Made by a program: the position numbers and the translations under genes | In this document: positions 1 to 8,397 of the stretch, piece by piece | Position numbering within the stretch: position 1 is the stretch's first letter | Layout of the letters: every line of letters starts with the position of its first letter | NCBI GenBank assembly: GCA_044356455.1 | Contig: JBIKWF010000096.1 | Span: 1-17,717 of the forward strand | Length of the DNA: 17,717 nucleotides | Direction of reading: 5' to 3' | DNA from: Bdellovibrionota bacterium | GTDB taxonomy: Bacteria; Bdellovibrionota_C; UBA2361; JBGSMV01 | The notes under the pieces: model-generated | Databases searched by the model: none | Seen by the model: only the letters and a program-made list of their open reading frames with translations | Told to the model about the DNA's origin: nothing

Positions 1-119
1 CTTGAAACCCTAATCGACAAATCGGCAGAAAAGTTGCTTAGAAACCAAACCAAAGTTAGAAATACGGAAGAGAACAAATTGAGCCAGCGGATGCTCCCTG
101 CGGTCGCACCGGTGCTCAT
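1..119 (-). CDS. Possible 5' end of a gene running off the left edge (hypothetical, hydrophobic N-terminus)
   Basis: Manual translation from ATG at 119 gives MSTGATAGSIRWLNLFSSVFLTLVWFLSNFSADLSIRVS..., open to the window edge, with purine-rich AGGAAAGAG upstream. Plus-strand frame 1 is also open over 1-138, so the assignment is ambiguous. Confidence 0.3.
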   Translation of the reverse strand, partial: MSTGATAGSIRWLNLFSSVFLTLVWFLSNFSADLSIRVS

Positions 120-329
120 AGCCGTTACTCTTTCCTGATATCCACCTCCCGACGCATCCTCAGATTGCGGTGACAAATAGATGCGAGGGCCTAAGCCAAG
201 GGAGAACATAGATTACTACGGTAATTCAGGAGCTCGAACGCTAACACGGCAGCACTTTTCGGTGAAGTAATAAGATACCCGTGAGCGTGCAGCGGAGGCC
301 TGCCACGATCGAACATAAGCGCCACGAGA

Positions 330-2147
330 TTACGGCTTCCGCTCTGCGCGGACGGTAGTTTTAGGAAGGGCTGCTCGCGGCGCCTCATCCTTGTGTATCA
401 GAGGAGTCAGCACCTCTTTAAGATCGTCCTCGGTAGGTGCTACTGCGGCAAAGATGATTCTATTGTCAGGGCCCACTATAAAAACGGTGGGAAGTTCCTT
501 AATACCGAGCTCCTGAAAGAGCATCGGGGAGGCGACGTCAAAATGCTGCGAAAAATCCGGGTTTGACGCGATCTTCGCGAGTTTCCCGTCTTTAGTTCCC
601 GTGTCTCTTTCTCCCCCTCCGCAGAGGGAAAGCACAGACACTCCGCTCGCCGAAAGTTCTCGGTGGAGAGTTGAGAGCTTAGGAAGCGCACCAATGCAGG
701 GAGCACACCAAGTTGCCCAGCAATCAACGACAAGATAGCGGCCATCGGTTGATTCGATCTTTCGGCTGCCTGAGAGGGGATCTTTTTTACCGAAGGCTTC
801 TTGCTGCCATGTTCCCCATTCATCACTAGAGAGGGTGAGGGGATGGTCCTGAATGGATTTCCCAAGCAGAGTTTTTTGGAATGATATCTTGCGCGAAATT
901 TCTTGAGCAACCGCTTCGTATCCTTCCCGGACTGCCGCTACCATGTTTACGAAAGGTCTGCTGCTCGGTGCAGTGCTCAGCGCCGTGCTAGGTGAGATCT
1001 CAAGTGGAATAACACCAGAGTCTGCGTCTAGGACCGAGGAGGTGGCGGTGAATTCATAGGTGCGCTGGAAAGGCTTGCCTGTGCGCGAGGTGTTGGGGTT
1101 CTCTGGTGGGTTGTACGATGCGTCGAGGCGTAGTTTTACCACGATGGAATAAGTCGTATTCTCTTTGACGATCGACTTGGTAGCGGAGTCTTTATCTTCT
1201 TGCTCTGCGCCCCCTGTAGCAAGAAAAGGGTACACTTCAATTCGCGAGATTCCCGCTTCGCTAGATTTTGAGAGGCGCGAGAGGCCTGAGCCGACGTGGG
1301 TTCTCGTTGCTTTTTCTGGTGATTCCTTTGAGGCCGTAACCTCATATAGGTCAGCCTGTAGCGTCGCGCCTTGAAGGAATACATGAGAGAGGGAGCGGTC
1401 ACCCTCAAAGTTTACTAATCCTAGTTCAACGCGCGTTACAAGTTGCCCGTTCAGGACACTGTCGGAAACCATGACACCAAACGCGCCGCATATGCGCTGG
1501 TCGAGGACCTCATCTGCCCAATTCGTCGCTTTGTCAGATTGAAAGAACGTATCCTTTGAGGTTTCCTGGATGGTTTTCCAGGCGCTTGCCATAGCGGTCG
1601 CGCGAGAACGGTTCTCATCGAGGCGGCAGGATTCGTGTAGGGTTTCGCTGAGCTGCACTAAGCGAGCGGGGTCATTTCGAGAAGCTTCAAAAAGGGCTTC
1701 GACTACCGCACGGGCAGTTTCCGCGTGCATGCTTCCAGCGGAGGCGGCTGAGACGGCGCGATAGTTCGCAAGTTTGCTCGGCCTAAGGGTCTGCTTGACG
1801 CTTTCGAGAAAAACTTCCTCGCCTGCTTGAGAAGCTTCAGTGTTAATGGTCTCACGCAGTTCTGAATCAGGTCCTGAAGAATCAAACGCCACTTCTCGGA
1901 TAGTAGAGGACTGATTGGTTGGAGCCTCTCTAGAGTCTCGCTCCGCAGCGACTTGGCCGAAAGCACCTAGGGAAGGTACTGCAAGCTGCGCGAGGAGCGC
2001 AAAAAGAGCGGCGGAGCGGGGCTGACTACGCCCAATAGGGGCACTCCCAAGAGGGTAACTGCTAGAGTTAACAGTTCCACTCGGGCCAGAGGGCAAAGAA
2101 GTACCAGATGGCGAAGAAGTAATTATTTGATCTGTTTTCGGGAGCAT
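330..2147 (-). CDS. Exported or membrane-anchored protein with a C-terminal TlpA/ResA-like thioredoxin (thiol-disulfide oxidoreductase) domain and a large uncharacterised N-terminal region
   Basis: 605-aa ORF with GGGGAG RBS upstream. It has a hydrophobic segment SAALFALLAQLAVPSLGAFG, the TlpA motif VVDCWATWCAPC (WATWCAPC at 696-719) and a cis-Pro loop GIKELPTVFIVGPD. Confidence 0.85.
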   Translation of the reverse strand: MLPKTDQIITSSPSGTSLPSGPSGTVNSSSYPLGSAPIGRSQPRSAALFALLAQLAVPSLGAFGQVAAERDSREAPTNQSSTIREVAFDSSGPDSELRETINTEASQAGEEVFLESVKQTLRPSKLANYRAVSAASAGSMHAETARAVVEALFEASRNDPARLVQLSETLHESCRLDENRSRATAMASAWKTIQETSKDTFFQSDKATNWADEVLDQRICGAFGVMVSDSVLNGQLVTRVELGLVNFEGDRSLSHVFLQGATLQADLYEVTASKESPEKATRTHVGSGLSRLSKSSEAGISRIEVYPFLATGGAEQEDKDSATKSIVKENTTYSIVVKLRLDASYNPPENPNTSRTGKPFQRTYEFTATSSVLDADSGVIPLEISPSTALSTAPSSRPFVNMVAAVREGYEAVAQEISRKISFQKTLLGKSIQDHPLTLSSDEWGTWQQEAFGKKDPLSGSRKIESTDGRYLVVDCWATWCAPCIGALPKLSTLHRELSASGVSVLSLCGGGERDTGTKDGKLAKIASNPDFSQHFDVASPMLFQELGIKELPTVFIVGPDNRIIFAAVAPTEDDLKEVLTPLIHKDEAPRAALPKTTVRAERKP

Positions 2148-2208
2148 ACTACGCTTTACTCCCTACCGGCGAATTCTTAGCTCGGTAGATTTCTTAGATT
2201 GGGGAATC

Positions 2209-2246
2209 CCAGTGCTGGACCCCAAGTACTGGACTGCCAGTTCTGG
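2209..2246. promoter_or_regulatory. Three near-palindromic CCAGTNCTGG boxes at 14-bp period in the divergent promoter region (candidate operator)
   Basis: ccagtgctgg 2209-2218, caagtactgg 2223-2232 and ccagttctgg 2237-2246, lying between the divergent starts at 2147 and 2291. Confidence 0.45.
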
Positions 2247-2290
2247 GCTCTTTCTAAATCAATGCTCTTTCCAAATCAATTGAATTCGCC

Positions 2291-4636
2291 ATGAACACTC
2301 AATCTCATTGTGTAAGGGCTCATTGTGTAAGGGCTCATTGTGTAAGGGCTCATTGTGTAAGGGCTCATTGTGCAAGGGCTCAGCGTGTGAGGCTGCTCTG
2401 CTGTGTAATGATAGCGGTGGTCTGGGGGCTGTGTACCCTAAAACCGCTTGTTGCTGATGAGCAAAATGCCGAAAACTCCGGTCCCGCAGCTGCGAGTTCT
2501 TCCTCCGCAGCGACATTGCCTGAGGAAAATCTTGCACGTGAGGCGCCTAAAGCATCCACGAGGGAAGAGGGAGCATCCTCGGCAAATCTCTTGAAGGAGA
2601 GGGGAGCTACATTTTCTGGCGCCTATACTGATGGGAAGGTAGAGCTTTCGAGCGAAGCAGTTGGGTCTTCCGCCAAGCTCTTTTCTGCTCCCCCGTACGA
2701 CGAGGGGACCTCATGGAATGCCCCTGATACCGTGCGTCTTTCAGGCACCCGTGCCTCGCTTATCATCCGCTTTCCCGAGGCTCGTGTTGTTTCTGCGCTC
2801 GCGCTCCAAGCCGACAATAATGACAGCTATTTTATCGAAGGCTCGGAAGATGGGAGTTCTTGGAAGTTGGTATGGGCAGCGCCTCCTATTTTCAGTCGTC
2901 AGGGACTAATCACCCGTTATCACGTTCTAGATGCTCCTCTTTCCTATCAGCTTTTTAGGCTTAGGCCTGGAATTGGCGACGGGAATTACTCTGTCTCGAG
3001 AGTGTTGCTTTTCCCTCAAGTGCCGCCACGGGTTCCTGCCGGGGTTCAAGAAGGTACGCATCAGGACCTCGTGCGCTATTTTGGCACAGAGGGCTTTGTT
3101 AATCGCCTTAAAGGCTGGACCGCAATGCTGGGGAGTTTGCTTCTCGCGCTAATTGTTGGCTTGACGTGGAAGCCCGAGAGCTTTGATTTTCCTAAGGCTT
3201 TCAAAGTTGCACTTGCCTCACTTGGGATTTTTGGCGCGGCACTTTGGTGGAATCTGGGGAACTTTCACTATCCTTCTTCTGTGCATACATGGGAGCTCTT
3301 TCACTATTACGTGGGAGCTAAGTACTTTCCAGAACTTGGCTATACGCGTCTTTATGACTGCTCCTCGGTAGCTGACCTTGAGGACGGTTTTGCAAGCGGA
3401 GTTCATGCCAATAAAATTAGAAACCTGGCCACGAATGCACTCGAGCCGACGGATAGAATCGTGCGCGCCCCGCGTTCATGTACGGATCATTTTTCGAGTG
3501 AGCGTTGGCGCGCGTTTAAGCGTGATGTGGGTTGGTTTAGAGGCCAGATGGATACGACGCGTTGGAGCGATCTCAAGCGTGACCACGGCTTTAATGGATC
3601 TCCCGTGTGGCTCATCTTGGGAAGGTTATTCTCAGCGGGGGGGACTATTAGTTGGGATAGCGCCTATTTCCTTGTTTCGCTGGATACCCTTTTTCTTGGC
3701 TTACTGTGGGCGCTTGTCTGGAGAGCTTTTGGCTGGCAGTCGGCGTGTGTCGCTGCGCTGGTGTGGGGCACTAATTTCCCGGGGCGCTATTATTGGGTAG
3801 GGGGCTCTCTCCTTAGGCAGGATTGGATGTTTGCCCTGGTGGGCGGGATTTGTTGTTTAAAGCTTGAAAAGATGAGGCTTGGGGGAGCGCTGCTCTGTTA
3901 CTCGGCACTGCTGAGAGTCTTCCCTGGCTTTGCCGGAGTTCCCTTGGTGCTTGGAGTCCTACTCGAAGTGATGCGCCAAAGGCGTATCGTCTGGAATTCT
4001 CCTGGCATAAAATTTCTGCAAGGTGGAATTCTTGCGCTTCTCGTCTTAGTGCCTCTTTCACTTGTTTCATCTGGTCGGTGGTCCGCCTACCAGGAGTTTT
4101 CAGCGAATAGTAAGAAGCATCTTGCAACGCCGCTTACCAATAACATGGGGCTACAAACTATTCTTGGCTACAGCCAGGACGAGCGCGCGCGGGTACTAAA
4201 GGACCCAGCCGCGCTTGAGCCGTTTGCCCTTTGGAAAGAAAGCAGGCTTGAGCATAAGTCCGCTCGCTTTTGGCTCTTTGTGCTGATTGTGGGTGGTTAC
4301 GCCGCGTACATTACGTTTCTTTCAAGGCGACTTGAGCTCTGGGAAACAGCTATCTTGGGGGTTGGTCTTATTCCCTTTGCGGCCGAGCTTACCTGTTACT
4401 ATTACTCTTTCTTGTTGGTGTATGGGCTGCTCTGGAAGAGAGCTCCTGCCATAGGAATGCTTGCGGTGTTACTTGCGTGGGTGACTTGCGAAACCGCAGC
4501 TTCCATCGAATGGACCGATGAGTCGTACACCCTTATGAGTGCTTGGGTACTTGTCTTCGTGGTGCTTGCGGCTTGGCTTATGTCTCGGATTTCAGTTCAG
4601 CGAGATAACCAGGCTCTTCCCTTATCAGAAGCTTGA
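2291..4636 (+). CDS. Polytopic membrane protein: signal peptide, discoidin/F5-8 type C-like domain and GT-C (GT87-like) glycosyltransferase-like domain (paralog A)
   Basis: 781 aa. Signal-like LLCCVMIAVVWGLCTLKPLVA|DE; discoidin-like ALQADNNDSYFIEGSEDGSSW...GDGNYS; a large loop HTWELFHYYVGAKYFPELGY...DHGFNGSPVW; many TM segments; LLRVFP resembling the KxxP motif of GT87 enzymes. The true start may lie downstream of the repeat. The enzymatic call is inference. Confidence 0.7.
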   Translation: MNTQSHCVRAHCVRAHCVRAHCVRAHCARAQRVRLLCCVMIAVVWGLCTLKPLVADEQNAENSGPAAASSSSAATLPEENLAREAPKASTREEGASSANLLKERGATFSGAYTDGKVELSSEAVGSSAKLFSAPPYDEGTSWNAPDTVRLSGTRASLIIRFPEARVVSALALQADNNDSYFIEGSEDGSSWKLVWAAPPIFSRQGLITRYHVLDAPLSYQLFRLRPGIGDGNYSVSRVLLFPQVPPRVPAGVQEGTHQDLVRYFGTEGFVNRLKGWTAMLGSLLLALIVGLTWKPESFDFPKAFKVALASLGIFGAALWWNLGNFHYPSSVHTWELFHYYVGAKYFPELGYTRLYDCSSVADLEDGFASGVHANKIRNLATNALEPTDRIVRAPRSCTDHFSSERWRAFKRDVGWFRGQMDTTRWSDLKRDHGFNGSPVWLILGRLFSAGGTISWDSAYFLVSLDTLFLGLLWALVWRAFGWQSACVAALVWGTNFPGRYYWVGGSLLRQDWMFALVGGICCLKLEKMRLGGALLCYSALLRVFPGFAGVPLVLGVLLEVMRQRRIVWNSPGIKFLQGGILALLVLVPLSLVSSGRWSAYQEFSANSKKHLATPLTNNMGLQTILGYSQDERARVLKDPAALEPFALWKESRLEHKSARFWLFVLIVGGYAAYITFLSRRLELWETAILGVGLIPFAAELTCYYYSFLLVYGLLWKRAPAIGMLAVLLAWVTCETAASIEWTDESYTLMSAWVLVFVVLAAWLMSRISVQRDNQALPLSEA
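2304..2393 (+). repeat. 15-bp tandem repeat CTCATTGTGTAAGGG
   Basis: Four perfect copies (2304-2363), one copy with a single mismatch (2364-2378) and one degenerate copy (2379-2393). No spacers. Encodes (S/A)HCVR x4, AHCAR, AQRVR in the 2291 ORF. Confidence 0.95.
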
Positions 4637-7062
4637 TTGGCCCAGCGCTGGTAGAGCATTACGAAGGCGAGAATACTTATCAGTAAGGCAGTGCTCTGCT
4701 GGGTAAAGCACTCATCAGACTGCGATTCTCGAATCGTAAAATACTGCACAATGAAAAGCCCTCCAAGCGTCAGGGCGATTCCCAGCATGAGATCTCTTGA
4801 GGCGGCACGCTTCCAGGAGAGGGCTACAAGAGGAAAGAGGCACACGAAGTGTAGATAGTAGTTCGCGGGATAGGCCACAATCGGTACTAACGCGAGAGAG
4901 AGCACCGCTGCCGAAGAAGGTGCGGCGCGTGCGCACAAAAGCAAAATAACAAGCGCAAGGACAAGCTGGCCTCCGCGGTACAACAATTGGCGCTCCCCCA
5001 GCACCTTCCAATGGTATTCTTGCCAGTGAATCCAAGGCTCTGGATTGCTCGGATCAATGGTTCGTTGAGCCGTGAAGTCAGGATCGTAGGCCACAATTGT
5101 GCGCCAAGAAACTGAGTTCACATTTGGCTTCGAGGCGTGTTCTGCAATCTTCTCTCCCCAGATTCCCCACGACTGATGATAGGAAAACGCGGCCACGGGG
5201 AGGGCTGCGAGCACGAGTGCGGAGCAGGTGAAGCTTAGTGCAAATGCGCCAAAGCCTGATGTTCTTAGAGTATGTAATGAAGGTAGCCGACGAGCTGATA
5301 AGGCGCGGCTGAGGTGCGGCCAGCCAAGTGCCATAAAAGTCCCTGCGGCCGCCATAATGGGAAACACACGTATCAGTGCGGCAAGGGCCAGAAAAAAACC
5401 GGCGAGGCGGAAGCGGCGTACTTTGAGCGCGCAAATGCCAAAGATCAGCGCGACGAGCCAATCATGCCGAAGCGTAGCTCCCAGCCAGTGGGACCCAAAA
5501 TAAGGGAAATCGGTTGACCCAAAGAGAGCAAGAGCGAGTAGGGCAGGAATCCCTCCAAATACTCTGGCAATAGTTATGAACCCAAGCGCCAGAAGGACTA
5601 TGTCTATTAGACCCGCGGCAGTCAGTACGACATCGCTAGCGGAGAAAGGAGAGAGTATCGCGTGGGCAATAAACATCCATAGGGGTGTTGCGTTGCCGCC
5701 GTGGTCGGCATGGGTCCCAAGATAATCGCTATCTCCCATAATGCGGAGGAAGTAGCCCATGTCTGAAACAAAGGATTGCCAACGTTCGAGGCTAAACCGG
5801 TCTCGAATCTCTTTTACTTGATCTTGTACTTTCTCGGCCGTGGTAACGGAGTAATTGTGGAGGTCTCGCACGCGCACGTTACTCATTTCTCGAACAGAAA
5901 CACCCCTTAGGTCCTCATAGGCTGCAAGGCTTGCGAGGTACACGCCGTCATAGCCAAGTTCGGGGAAATACTTGGCGGTGGGATGATAGATGCGCATATC
6001 GAACGTGTGCACCCACCTTGAGCCTTCGGGTCCCTGACCTCGAAAGTGCGTGCTGCCATAGACGAGAAAGTTAAGGGCGGAAAGAAGCGCGACCCCGGAG
6101 AGGATGATGGTGAGCGCGTTCTTTCGAATTCTTAGCGTCAGAGCGGCGAGGCAGGTTATCACGATAAAGAGTGCCAGCAGAGCGCGCTGGAGCTGCATGG
6201 TTTGACGGGGAATATCTGCCTCCATGCCAAAGCGCCAGGCCAGGTAACAGCCGCACGCAAGAACAAGGCCCGCGCCAAGAATCTGCGAGAGGGGCGCGAT
6301 TCGCGAAGTAGAGGCAGTTCTGCAGGTAGCTACGAGCACGATGATAAGGAGACTGCACCATATGAGGTGCATGAGCAGTGCGTCGCTGTGAAAGGTGGAG
6401 AGGCGCGTAATTTCAATTGCGGGATACTTCTCAGCGCAGGAGGCTAAGATTTCCGCGATGCTGTAGAGACCGTCTCCAAGGACGGTGGTCACGCGAAGAC
6501 TTCGGTAAGGTCCTCGTGCGGTGCTGAGAGTAACGGCGCGAGTTCTTAGTCCCGCACCTGCCGCGCGCTCGGCAACCCATATTCGCTCATACAGACCACT
6601 CTCAATCTCTCCTTCAAAGACATAGGAGTCGTTGTTATCTGCTTGGATTAGAAAAGAGCGCAAAACTTGGGGAGACAAAAAGGAGAATGTAAGAGTTCTT
6701 TCTTCTTGGGTGAGTACTTTGGCGAGCGGACTATTCCAGGACGTTCCTTCCGGCGCAGCAAACCCGTCGACGAGCCTTGGGTCCACAAGATTTGCGCTTA
6801 AGGTGCCATCGCGCAGTAAGTTTACGGGTGCACAGTCAGCTGCCGGTGGTGTGTCTTGGGGAGGGGAGGCTGATTCGTCTGCCTGGGCGAAGCCCCCGTA
6901 CAGAGTTAAAAGCCCGAGAAGAGTGAGAAGTGCCGCGTGCCCGAGAATGTGCAAAAGGCGCGACGTTATCTTGCAACCGATATTCGAGGTTGCGTGAGCT
7001 GCCGAATCAAACGTGAAGCCGCTACTCCCGAAGGCATTGAATTCTCTTTCCTTCGTGTCCAT
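4597..7062 (-). CDS. Polytopic membrane protein: signal peptide, discoidin-like domain and GT-C (GT87-like) domain (paralog B)
   Basis: The ORF is open to 7218, but the ATG at 7062 (MDTKE, 821 aa) has an AAGGA RBS. Signal-like AALLTLLGLLTLYGGFAQA|DE. Shares QADNNDSY (6622-6645), GDGxYS, AKYFPELGY (5950-5976), FSxERW, DHGxNxxPxW, LRxDW and RVFP with paralog A. Confidence 0.7.
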   Translation of the reverse strand: MDTKEREFNAFGSSGFTFDSAAHATSNIGCKITSRLLHILGHAALLTLLGLLTLYGGFAQADESASPPQDTPPAADCAPVNLLRDGTLSANLVDPRLVDGFAAPEGTSWNSPLAKVLTQEERTLTFSFLSPQVLRSFLIQADNNDSYVFEGEIESGLYERIWVAERAAGAGLRTRAVTLSTARGPYRSLRVTTVLGDGLYSIAEILASCAEKYPAIEITRLSTFHSDALLMHLIWCSLLIIVLVATCRTASTSRIAPLSQILGAGLVLACGCYLAWRFGMEADIPRQTMQLQRALLALFIVITCLAALTLRIRKNALTIILSGVALLSALNFLVYGSTHFRGQGPEGSRWVHTFDMRIYHPTAKYFPELGYDGVYLASLAAYEDLRGVSVREMSNVRVRDLHNYSVTTAEKVQDQVKEIRDRFSLERWQSFVSDMGYFLRIMGDSDYLGTHADHGGNATPLWMFIAHAILSPFSASDVVLTAAGLIDIVLLALGFITIARVFGGIPALLALALFGSTDFPYFGSHWLGATLRHDWLVALIFGICALKVRRFRLAGFFLALAALIRVFPIMAAAGTFMALGWPHLSRALSARRLPSLHTLRTSGFGAFALSFTCSALVLAALPVAAFSYHQSWGIWGEKIAEHASKPNVNSVSWRTIVAYDPDFTAQRTIDPSNPEPWIHWQEYHWKVLGERQLLYRGGQLVLALVILLLCARAAPSSAAVLSLALVPIVAYPANYYLHFVCLFPLVALSWKRAASRDLMLGIALTLGGLFIVQYFTIRESQSDECFTQQSTALLISILAFVMLYQRWANQASDKGRAWLSR

Positions 7063-7282
7063 TGCGTCCTTCGCGTTACAATTTTCGCTCTCGAAACGCC
7101 CGTAAATTGACAGGAAGGTCAACCCGGCATTTCTACAAACAAAGGAACTTACGGTCCGAGCGAAGGACTCCATAAGGCGAGGAAAGGGGGAGAGCGCAGC
7201 GCGTAAGCTTGCCGTCATAATAACCGTGCGTTATAGCAGCCGCAGACGCTAGATTGCCAATTAAAACATCAGGAACGCGGCC

Positions 7283-8329
7283 TTGAAATCTAAAGTCATC
7301 CTTACAGGATTCGTGTTATCAGTCGCCTCCCTTCTTTTCTCGCTGGGACTTGCGGAGGCCGTAGTACGATTGTTTGGGCTCGCGCCTCAGCTGCAGGTCA
7401 TAGAATTTAGTCAGGGCGCCTACCGGACCACGGAGAATCCGCTTTTACCCTACATACCCAACCCGGGGAGAGGGCTCTTTAACTCCCTTGGGCTACGAGA
7501 TCGGGAGCGCTCTCCTGTGGAAGTTGAGCAAGGGCGCCCGCGAGTTGTCGCTCTAGGAGATTCGGTGCTTTTTGGTGGTGGGGTTGATCTAAAGGAGATT
7601 TTTGCAATTCGGCTTGAGCGCGAGCTGCAAAAAAGCTTGGGTGCTCAGGCGCAGGTGTTTAACTTGGGGGTGCCTGGATACAACACCAGAAACGAAGTTG
7701 AGTACTATAAGCTTCGAGGCGCAGCTCTGAGGCCCGACCTCATTCTCGTCGCATATTGTCTTAATGATGCCTTTGTTCATTCTACGGAGCTTGCAGAACT
7801 TCTCTCTGATCCGCGTTATGCAAGTCAACGCGCACTTGCGCCCGGGCTGTCGAGCACGCTCTCGCGGGGACTTTTCATCTACAGTCATTTTTTTCGATTG
7901 CTTGGAACGCGGCTATCTGCCTCATTGTCTGCAAACAAAGACGCAGAGGACCCTTTAGCCTCGCATGCAGCTGGCCGATCGGCGGTGCGTGAGGCGCTCG
8001 CAGAGCTTGTCGAGATTGCGAAGGAGCAAAACATAAAGGTGCACCTCGTCGTTTTCCCCTATCTCTTCTCCTTCTCCGATTATCCAATGGCTGATGAGCA
8101 TAAGTTTATTCGCGCGCTTGCGTTCGAGCTGGGAATTTCCGTCACGGACCTTTTTGAGACTTTCAGAGGGGCGGTAGGGAATGATGGCGAAGCGCTACGT
8201 ATTTTTGCCCCAGACTTTATACATCTCAACCCGCGCGGGCATCAAATCACGGCTCAAGTGCTTAGCACCGAGATTCGTACACTTCTTTCTCCAAGGGACC
8301 ATGGAGACTCTGCCGAGACAGGGGAATAA
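7283..8329 (+). CDS. Membrane-anchored SGNH/GDSL hydrolase family protein (esterase/acyltransferase)
   Basis: 348 aa with TTG start and AGGA upstream. N-terminal TM helix; block I ALGDS (GDS at 7556-7564), block II NLGVPGYNT, block III CLND and block V DFIHLN (from 8213). Confidence 0.9.
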   Translation: MKSKVILTGFVLSVASLLFSLGLAEAVVRLFGLAPQLQVIEFSQGAYRTTENPLLPYIPNPGRGLFNSLGLRDRERSPVEVEQGRPRVVALGDSVLFGGGVDLKEIFAIRLERELQKSLGAQAQVFNLGVPGYNTRNEVEYYKLRGAALRPDLILVAYCLNDAFVHSTELAELLSDPRYASQRALAPGLSSTLSRGLFIYSHFFRLLGTRLSASLSANKDAEDPLASHAAGRSAVREALAELVEIAKEQNIKVHLVVFPYLFSFSDYPMADEHKFIRALAFELGISVTDLFETFRGAVGNDGEALRIFAPDFIHLNPRGHQITAQVLSTEIRTLLSPRDHGDSAETGE

Positions 8330-8354
8330 CAGGCTTTCCCTTAGTGGTCTCTGT

Positions 8355-8397
8355 GGTCTTAGTGGTTGTTTTAATAAAAACTAAAACCACCAAGGCC
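8355..8397. terminator. Imperfect hairpin between convergent genes (candidate bidirectional terminator)
   Basis: GGTCTT-A-GTGGTT-GTTTT [AATA] AAAAC-TAA-AACCAC-C-AAGGCC occupies most of the gap between the stops at 8329 and 8398. It lacks a clear U-tract. It overlaps a 9-bp triple repeat cttagtggt/ctctgtggt/cttagtggt (8340-8366). Confidence 0.5.

Noticed and set aside
191..388. 65-aa minus-strand ORF, and other short ORFs nested in the large genes
   Set aside because: They overlap well-supported CDSs and show no recognisable motifs.
2304..2393. Possible CRISPR array
   Set aside because: The 15-bp units are directly adjacent with no spacers, and no cas genes are present.
2259..2537. 92-aa minus-strand ORF with EPLHN repeats
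   Set aside because: It is the antisense reading of the 15-bp repeat and overlaps the better-supported 781-aa gene.
7063..7218. N-terminal 52-aa extension of paralog B given in the ORF track
   Set aside because: The ATG at 7062 has an RBS and lies nearer the signal-like segment. The extension would leave only 64 bp for two divergent promoters.
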